DNA of 14,195 nt from Abditibacteriaceae bacterium (GTDB taxonomy: Bacteria > Armatimonadota > Abditibacteriia > Abditibacteriales > Abditibacteriaceae): positions 1 to 14,195 of the forward strand of contig JANMKN010000335.1 in the NCBI GenBank assembly GCA_031372065.1, written 5' to 3'. The position numbers and the translations under genes were made by a program. Shown piece after piece: positions 8,301 to 14,195 of the stretch (positions are counted from its first letter, which is position 1; each line of letters opens with the position of its first letter). The notes under the pieces are model-generated. The model was not told the origin of the DNA. It saw only the letters and a program-made list of their open reading frames with translations, and searched no databases.

Positions 8301-9041
8301 TCAATTGGAGCGGCGCACGTCAAGGGTGAAATCGGTAATATCCAGCGAAGCCAATTGCTGCGTGGTGATATTGGAATTGCCTGGATTGGCATCGCCTGTT
8401 GGTTCACGCACAGTGTCGGCGTTGCGATAAGTGCGTGTGGTGGTAATGTTGAAAGTTTCATACAAATTGGCTGCGCCCGGCACTTCGCCCAAGGCATCGA
8501 AGGGCTTGAGCAGCAAGTTATTGGGGTCGCGGATAATCTCTGAAGTCGTCACGAAATTCACATCCAACTGCGTCGCGTTGGCAGCAAATAAGCGATCAGC
8601 AGCAGTTGGCGGCGTGGCGGCGTTATCTACAGTGGCATCCAAATCCAAAGTGAAATTGATGCTGGTGCCGCCCGCTGTTGGCACGCCGATAAACGCGTTG
8701 GAAGCGCGCTCCAAAGTTTCGGAGCCGTTGCCGTTATCGGTGCGGCGAAACACCAAAAACTGGCCGCCGCGATATTGCACCAAAACCCGAAACGAGCCGC
8801 CGACCACGCCATTGGCAAAAGTAGTGGTGCCGATAAAAGCCGCCGGGCCATCGCCCGCGTTGCCGTTGTCATCGAAAGCGAAATCGTAATAAAACGTCGG
8901 CGTAATCGGCTGCTGCAAAGTCATGTTGACCGTCAGGCGATTTTTTCCGCCCGGCGCAACGGCGCCCGCCGGGCTTTTGGCACAGCCCGAAAAGAGGGCA
9001 GGAACTAACAACAAAATCGGAAACAAAGCTATTTTTTTCAT
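8301..9041 (-). CDS. hypothetical lipoprotein, beta-rich and rich in Asn/Asp/Thr/Gly
   Basis: MKKIALFPILLLVPALFSG-C shows a basic N-region, a hydrophobic core and a lipobox-like FSGC. The start is ATG 9041 or 9053. I do not recognise the family. Confidence 0.75.
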   Translation of the reverse strand: MKKIALFPILLLVPALFSGCAKSPAGAVAPGGKNRLTVNMTLQQPITPTFYYDFAFDDNGNAGDGPAAFIGTTTFANGVVGGSFRVLVQYRGGQFLVFRRTDNGNGSETLERASNAFIGVPTAGGTSINFTLDLDATVDNAATPPTAADRLFAANATQLDVNFVTTSEIIRDPNNLLLKPFDALGEVPGAANLYETFNITTTRTYRNADTVREPTGDANPGNSNITTQQLASLDITDFTLDVRRSN

Positions 9042-9057
9042 AGTGAATTTCATAATG

Positions 9058-9828
9058 TCAAATCAAAACCAAGGCTAACCACAAAACGTGAACCGCCGCG
9101 TGCGTGTAAAAGGCCGGGGCGAACGATTTTTCTTTCCAGCAAATCCAGCCGAGCAGCGCGCCGCCCGCAAACGAACTGTAAAATTCCGGCATCGGCTTGC
9201 CCCAATGCGCGGCGCCGAAAATCGCGGTTTGCAACAAAATCGCAGCTACCGGGCCGAGGCCCTGCGCCATGCCAAACAGCATGAAACCACGAAAGAAGAA
9301 CTCCCAGCAAAACATATAAACGACAATCGTGACGAACAACATCACGCCGGTAATCGGCGGCAAGTAACCACTGCGATACGATTGCGCGGCTTCGCTGCCT
9401 TGTGGCGTAAAGCGGAAAATCGCCATGATTATCAGCATAACGCCCGAAAAAAGCAGCGCCCACTTTAGATGGCGGCGCCATTCGCCAAAGTTCCATCCGT
9501 AGTTCCACGCGTTAGAGCGCTGGTCTTTGAGCCAGTCCTGATAAACAATGCCCTGCCCGAAAAACAGCCAGATAATGCCGAGCGGAAACAGTAAATTGGA
9601 AACAACCGACATCCAAATCCAACGGCTCCATTCGGTGGTGCTATTGATGCCCGCGAAGTATTGCGCCCACGCCAAAAACGCGCCGCAAAGCAGCGTCGCC
9701 AAGGCACGCATGACAAAAGTCGCCGCAGTTTCGTCGTCTTCCCACGTCGGCGAATGAATAGCTTCGCTTGGCTGATCAGGTGTCATTTCTTCTGGTTGAT
9801 TTGAGGTTTCTTCGATGATTTCGGTCAT
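9058..9828 (-). CDS. CPBP (Abi/CAAX-type) intramembrane glutamic endopeptidase
   Basis: Multiple TM segments with WEFFFRG (motif 1), FGAAH (FxxxH) and THAAVH (final His motif). The start is probably ATG 9828 (MTEIIEE). Confidence 0.87.
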   Translation of the reverse strand: MTEIIEETSNQPEEMTPDQPSEAIHSPTWEDDETAATFVMRALATLLCGAFLAWAQYFAGINSTTEWSRWIWMSVVSNLLFPLGIIWLFFGQGIVYQDWLKDQRSNAWNYGWNFGEWRRHLKWALLFSGVMLIIMAIFRFTPQGSEAAQSYRSGYLPPITGVMLFVTIVVYMFCWEFFFRGFMLFGMAQGLGPVAAILLQTAIFGAAHWGKPMPEFYSSFAGGALLGWICWKEKSFAPAFYTHAAVHVLWLALVLI

Positions 9829-9921
9829 GGCCCGCAATGGTGTGATTAGAACTGTTTGGGTAAGTGAAAAATAGCACGAACTTTGCGCCGTTTTTCCGAT
9901 GCTTTTTGCCGCTGGCTTGGT

Positions 9922-9950
9922 TTGACAACGCCCCTTATCAACGGTAAGAT
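9922..9950 (+). promoter_or_regulatory. sigma70-type promoter for the aminotransferase-citrate synthase unit
   Basis: TTGACA (9922-9927), a 17-bp spacer and TAAGAT (9945-9950). Confidence 0.75.
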
Positions 9951-10041
9951 TTTGCGCGGCGCACCTCAGGCATCAGGCGAGAATCCACTTTTTCAACATC
10001 CTACTTCGCTGCGAATTTTCCCGAAGGCGCACTTTATAATT

Positions 10042-11232
10042 ATGCTCTCAGAACGCATCAACCGCATCCAACCGTCTCCCACGCTGGCAATTTCGGCCAA
10101 AGCCAAAGCCCTGCGCGCGGCGGGCGAAGACATTCTTTCGTTTGACGTGGGCGAACCCGATTTCGATACGCCCCAACACATCAAAGAAGCGTGCATCAAA
10201 GCGCTGCGCGATGGAGAAACGCGCTACACCGCTGCCCAAGGCACACCGAAAATGTTGGCCGCTATCAGCGAAAAAATGGCGAGGGAAAACAAACTGAATT
10301 ACGCGCCCGATCAAATTGTGGTGTCGTCTGGTGGCAAGCACAGCTTGTTCAACATTTTTCAAAGCATACTCAATTCCGGCGATCAGGTCATCATTCCGGC
10401 GCCGTATTGGGTTAGCTATCCCGATCAGGTTTTATTAGCCGATGGCGAGCCGGTCATCATTACCGCCAAGCAAGATCAAGGCTTTAAAATCTCTGCGCAA
10501 CAACTGGACGATTGCTTGAAGACGCACCCGCGTGTGAAGGCGGTTGTGCTTAATTCACCGTCCAACCCAACCGGCGCGGTTTATTCGCCTGATCATTTGA
10601 AAGAACTGTGCGCCGTTCTCGAAAACTATCCCGATGTGCTGGTGATTTCGGATGAAGTTTACGAACACATGGTTTACGCGCCGCACCAAATGTGGAGCGT
10701 GGCAAGTTACAGCGAAGAATTCAAAAACCGCACCGTGATTGTGCAATCTTGCTCGAAATCTTACGCCATGACGGGTTGGCGCATCGGCTGGACTTGCTCG
10801 TCGCCCAAACTGGCAAAAGCCATGACGAAATTGCAAAGCCAATCCACGTCTAACCCGACAGCGTTTGCCCAAGCCGGAGCCATTGCCGCTGTGAGTAATC
10901 CTGTGGACAGCGCGATGATGGCCGAATTTGAAAAGCGCGGCAAAGTGATGCGCGAACTTCTCAAAGATATTCCGGGTTTCAAGTGCGCCAAGCCCGAAGG
11001 TGCGTTTTATTTGTTTCCAAATGTGGATGGCGTTTTTGGCGTGATGGTCGAACGCGATTTGCAAATCACCAGCGCGCAGGTGCTGGCCGATTATCTGCTG
11101 CGCGTGGCGAAAGTGGCCGTTGTGCCCGGCGAAGGCTTCGGCGCGCCCGAACATATTCGCTTTTCGTATGCGAACTCGATGGAAAACATCAAAGAAGGCA
11201 TCAATCGCATTTTGCAGGTGCTGCCGGAGTAA
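10042..11232 (+). CDS. aspC: class I PLP-dependent aminotransferase, aspartate aminotransferase (subgroup Ib) type
   Basis: GEPDFDTP, PAPYWVSY, LNSPSNPTG, SDEVYE, SKSYAMTGWRIG (PLP lysine), PEGAFYLF and VAVVPGEGFG...IRFSYA are present. The start is ATG 10042 (MLSERINRIQPSPTL). Confidence 0.9.
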   Translation: MLSERINRIQPSPTLAISAKAKALRAAGEDILSFDVGEPDFDTPQHIKEACIKALRDGETRYTAAQGTPKMLAAISEKMARENKLNYAPDQIVVSSGGKHSLFNIFQSILNSGDQVIIPAPYWVSYPDQVLLADGEPVIITAKQDQGFKISAQQLDDCLKTHPRVKAVVLNSPSNPTGAVYSPDHLKELCAVLENYPDVLVISDEVYEHMVYAPHQMWSVASYSEEFKNRTVIVQSCSKSYAMTGWRIGWTCSSPKLAKAMTKLQSQSTSNPTAFAQAGAIAAVSNPVDSAMMAEFEKRGKVMRELLKDIPGFKCAKPEGAFYLFPNVDGVFGVMVERDLQITSAQVLADYLLRVAKVAVVPGEGFGAPEHIRFSYANSMENIKEGINRILQVLPE

Positions 11233-11234
11233 AA

Positions 11235-11306
11235 CAGAGGTCAGTGAGCAGGGGTCAGCGATCAGTAAACCCCTCTTCTGGCCACAGAACACCGTTCACT
11301 GATCAC
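11235..11306. repeat. inverted array of degenerate heptamer tandem repeats
   Basis: The left arm is CAGAGGT CAGTGAG CAGGGGT CAGCGAT CAGTAAA (11235-11269). The right arm is CTGGCCA CAGAACA CCGTTCA CTGATCA C (11278-11306), whose reverse complement restores the same CAG-N4 period. Confidence 0.8.
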
Positions 11307-11315
11307 AGGGGAACT

Positions 11316-12455
11316 ATGGCTAAAGAGAAAAAACCGTCCGGTCTGGAAGATGTCGTCGTTTGCGAACAAGATATTTGTTACATTGATGGCAAGCGCGGTC
11401 AGCTTGTTTATAGCGGCTATGATATTGATGATTTGTGCGAGCATTCCACGTTCGAAGAAGTCGCGTTTTTGTTGTGGAATGGCCGACTACCCAACGCCAC
11501 GGAACTCAAAGAATTGCATCGCGCTTTATCGCAAGCGATGTTTTTGCCGGATGCAATTTACGATTTGCTGCGCGTTTTGCCCAAAAACACCGACGCTATG
11601 CGCGCTGTCGCGACGGGCGTGTCGGCTTTGGGCGCTTTCGATGCGCAGGCTGAAGACAATGCGCCTGAAGCCAACTATGCCAAGGCGATCCGCCTGACCG
11701 CGCAATTGCCGCTTTTGACAACGGCGTGGCATCACATCAATCAAGGCCAAAAACCGATTCCACCCGACCGCACCAAAAGCATCGCTTACAACTTTCTCAA
11801 AACACTCGAAGGCAAGGAGCCGGATGAATATGCGGTGCGCACTTTCGATGTGGCGCTGATTCTCCATGCCGACCACGAACTCAACGCCAGCACCTTTTCG
11901 GCGCGCGTCACAGCGGGCACGCTTTCCGATATGCACTCGGCGGTTGTCGCGGCCATTAACACGCTCAAAGGCCCCTTGCACGGCGGCGCCAACGAAGCAG
12001 TTATGAAAATGCTGCGCGCTATCGGCGAACCGGCCAAAGCACAGGCTTATGTGGAAAACATGATTGCCCACAAGCAAAAAGTTATGGGTTTCGGCCATCG
12101 CGTTTACAAAGCTAAAGACCCGCGCGCCGTGATTCTCGAAGAGATGAGCGAAGAACTGGGACGGCGCACAGGCGACAGCAAATGGTTCGATATGAGTCGC
12201 ATCGTCGAGAAGACATTTCAGCCAACTGTCGCAGCCAAAGGCGTTTATCCGAACGTGGATTTTTATTCGGCCTCAACCTATTACATGATGGGCATTCCCG
12301 ACGATTTATTCACGCCGATTTTCGCGTGTTCGCGCGTTGCCGGTTGGACAGCGCACATCATGCAACAATACGCCAACAATCGCATTTTCCGGCCTTCGTC
12401 CGATTATGTCGGCCCGAAAAACCTGAAATGGGCGCCGGTGGAAGACCGCAAATAA
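11316..12455 (+). CDS. citrate synthase, short (379 aa) CitZ/PrpC-like type; 2-methylcitrate activity not excluded
   Basis: GLEDVV, IDGKRGQLVYSGY, ADHELNASTF, GPLHGGANE, MGFGHRVYK..DPR, YPNVDFYS and RVAGWTAH are present. ATG 11316 has a GGGGA RBS at 11308-11312. Confidence 0.95.
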   Translation: MAKEKKPSGLEDVVVCEQDICYIDGKRGQLVYSGYDIDDLCEHSTFEEVAFLLWNGRLPNATELKELHRALSQAMFLPDAIYDLLRVLPKNTDAMRAVATGVSALGAFDAQAEDNAPEANYAKAIRLTAQLPLLTTAWHHINQGQKPIPPDRTKSIAYNFLKTLEGKEPDEYAVRTFDVALILHADHELNASTFSARVTAGTLSDMHSAVVAAINTLKGPLHGGANEAVMKMLRAIGEPAKAQAYVENMIAHKQKVMGFGHRVYKAKDPRAVILEEMSEELGRRTGDSKWFDMSRIVEKTFQPTVAAKGVYPNVDFYSASTYYMMGIPDDLFTPIFACSRVAGWTAHIMQQYANNRIFRPSSDYVGPKNLKWAPVEDRK

Positions 12456-12471
12456 AATTTGGTAGCTCCCG

Positions 12472-12512
12472 CAAAAAGCAACGCCAGTTTTGGCGTTGCT
12501 TTTTGTTTTTGT
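12472..12512 (+). terminator. intrinsic terminator after citrate synthase
   Basis: A perfect 15-bp stem, CAAAAAGCAACGCCA-GTTT-TGGCGTTGCTTTTTG (12472-12505), is followed by TTTTT. Confidence 0.9.
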
Positions 12513-12527
12513 GGTTAAAATATCTGT

Positions 12528-13982
12528 ATGCAATCCAAACCATTCCTGTTTTTGTTTCTTCTCATTTCCAGCATTGCCTTCGCACAGGAAGCGCCGAATC
12601 CGGCGACGATTCCGGCGGCGCAGCGCGGCATGGAAAAGCGTCACGCCGAAAAAGTCGCGGCGTTGCAAAATCATAAATACGATTTGCTTTTAATCGGCGA
12701 TTCGATCACGCACAACTTCGATAAGACCGAATACAAAGCGGTGTGCGAGCAGTTTTTCGCGCCGCGCAACGCGATTAGTTTGGGTTACAGCGGCGGGCGC
12801 ACCGAAAATATTTTGTGGAATCTGCAAAATGGCGAACTGGACAATCAAACGCCCAAAGTCGTGACGCTGCTGATTGGCACCAATAATTCGGATGACGCCA
12901 ATTTTCAAGTCGTCCACACGCCAGAGCAAATCGCCGAAGGCACGGCGGCGATTGTGAAACTGCTGCGCGAAAAACTGCCCGACACCAAAATTTTGCTGTT
13001 GCGCATTTTTCCGCGCACCAACGTTTACAAAAAAGCCGACGGCACCGAGCGCGGCAGCGCCGAAAAGCGCTTCGCCACCAACTTGCGCGCTGGTGAACTC
13101 GTGGCGCCTTTAGCCGATAACAAAAACGTGTTTTTCCTTGATGTGAATCACGCGTTTCTAAAACTCGATGGCACGCTCGACGCGCAACTCATGCCCGACC
13201 AATTGCATCCTTCGCCCGCAGGCGCGCTGGAATGGGCACGCGCTATGGAACCGAAACTCGCAGAACTGTTCGGCGATGAGCCGCGCATCGCCCTACCCGC
13301 CAACTCAGCGCTCATTCCGCGCAGCAAGTTGGAAAAAGATTTCTACGATTGGTGGGCGCGCCACAACGCAGCATTGCAAATCAAATCCGAAATCAATCCC
13401 GATATTGTTTTGATTGGCGATTCGATCACGCATTTATGGGGCGGTGTGCCGGAAACACCGAATCGCAAGCCGAACGGCGGGCCATCGTTCGACGCGACTT
13501 TTCAGGGGCATCGCGTGCTGAATTTGGGTTTCGGCTGGGATCGCATTCAAAACGCCTTGTGGCGCCTTGATAACGGTGAACTGGACGGCTTGCGCCCGCG
13601 CCTTGTGGTGATTAACATCGGCACCAACAACTTTGCCGGAACACAAAACGCGCGTGAAAACACGCCGCAGGAAATCGCCGAAGGTGTGCGCGAAGTGATT
13701 TTGCGCGTGCGCGCCAAAGTTCCCAACGCGAAAATCGTGTTGATGGGCCTTTTTCCGCGCGGTGAAAAAGCCGATGACCCGATGCGCGCCAAAATCGCCG
13801 AAGTGAATGGTTTATTAGCTGAATACGGCAAAGAAACAGGCATCACGTTTCTCGATTTGCGCGAAAAACTCACGCAGCCCGACGGCACCATTTCGCGCGA
13901 TACTCTGGGCGATTTTCTGCATCCGACGAACAAAGGCTATGCGATTTGGGGCGAAGCGCTGCGCGAATTCTTGCCGAATTAA
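12528..13982 (+). CDS. secreted tandem SGNH/GDSL hydrolase (PAF-acetylhydrolase-like, two catalytic domains)
   Basis: Signal peptide MQSKPFLFLFLLISSIAFA. Domain 1 has GDSIT/SGGRT/IGTNN/DQLHP and domain 2 has GDSIT/FGWDR/IGTNN/DFLHP. Confidence 0.92.
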   Translation: MQSKPFLFLFLLISSIAFAQEAPNPATIPAAQRGMEKRHAEKVAALQNHKYDLLLIGDSITHNFDKTEYKAVCEQFFAPRNAISLGYSGGRTENILWNLQNGELDNQTPKVVTLLIGTNNSDDANFQVVHTPEQIAEGTAAIVKLLREKLPDTKILLLRIFPRTNVYKKADGTERGSAEKRFATNLRAGELVAPLADNKNVFFLDVNHAFLKLDGTLDAQLMPDQLHPSPAGALEWARAMEPKLAELFGDEPRIALPANSALIPRSKLEKDFYDWWARHNAALQIKSEINPDIVLIGDSITHLWGGVPETPNRKPNGGPSFDATFQGHRVLNLGFGWDRIQNALWRLDNGELDGLRPRLVVINIGTNNFAGTQNARENTPQEIAEGVREVILRVRAKVPNAKIVLMGLFPRGEKADDPMRAKIAEVNGLLAEYGKETGITFLDLREKLTQPDGTISRDTLGDFLHPTNKGYAIWGEALREFLPN

Positions 13983-14003
13983 CGTCGTCTGGACGTTCGC
14001 TCA

Positions 14004-14195
14004 CTACCCGTCCATTGCACATCGAAATCCGGCGTGGCTGCTGGAACTATCGGGCGTGTTGGCGGTGCGCGCGGCGACGCGGTAGCGATTGCAATAGCTG
14101 GCGTGGCACAAATACGAGCCGCCTTTAATCACTTTACGATCACCACTTTGCGGGTTGCGCGCAAACGGGCTGAACCAATCGCTGCACCAGTTCCA
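14004..14195 (-). CDS. C-terminus of a formylglycine-generating enzyme (FGE/SUMF1, sulfatase-maturing), truncated by the window end
   Basis: My manual translation from 14195 gives [63 protein letters not shown]. It contains the GGSxLCxxxYC..YR and GFRC motifs. Confidence 0.9.
   Translation of the reverse strand, partial: WNWCSDWFSPFARNPQSGDRKVIKGGSYLCHASYCNRYRVAARTANTPDSSSSHAGFRCAMDG

Noticed and set aside
9957..10032. Glycine-riboswitch-like words (ACCTCAGGCA, CCGAAGGCGCA) in the aminotransferase leader
   Set aside because: They are in the wrong order for a single aptamer, and the GGAGA motif and supporting stems are not evident. An Infernal search with RF00504 would decide.
10035..10040. 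TATAAT immediately before the aminotransferase ATG
   Set aside because: It is only 1 bp from the start codon, too close to be its -10. It is more likely an AT-rich translation initiation region.
9883..10041. TTG-started extension of the aminotransferase
   Set aside because: It spans the promoter, and homology begins at ATG 10042.
10983..11315. 111-aa N-terminal extension of citrate synthase in the ORF track
   Set aside because: It overlaps the aminotransferase in another frame and runs through the repeat array. ATG 11316 has an RBS and matches the family start.
463..13933. Many antisense or alternate-frame ORFs (e.g. 463-1029, 2887-3573, 6230-6850, 10555-11292, 11526-12098)
   Set aside because: They are shadows of well-supported genes and have no motifs of their own.
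13981..13997. Small hairpin AACGTC-GTCTG-GACGTT between convergent genes
   Set aside because: It has only a 6-bp stem and no U tract, too weak to call a terminator.

Overview
This is a gene-dense bacterial window with no rRNA, tRNA, CRISPR array, transposase or integrase visible. The genes in order are: the 3' end of an alpha/beta-hydrolase (+), a PfkB-family sugar kinase (-), prmC (+), a stand-alone degenerate (pseudo-)receiver protein (-), an orphan bioB (+), a tandem PRC-barrel protein (+), a ~1080-aa secreted protein with repeated beta-sandwich modules and a helical tail (-), a lipoprotein (-), a CPBP/Abi intramembrane protease (-), a class I aspartate aminotransferase and a citrate synthase (+), a secreted double-SGNH/GDSL esterase (+), and the 3' end of a formylglycine-generating enzyme (-) that the ORF track does not list. 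The most unusual signals are non-coding. Two intergenic palindromes built from short periodic degenerate repeats (8-bp period at 4003-4128, 7-bp period at 11235-11306) each fill the gap between a stop codon and the next ribosome-binding site. I cannot claim a complete novel multi-gene system from the sequence alone. The best candidates are these repeat elements, the pseudo-receiver and the CPBP/lipoprotein/large-protein cluster.
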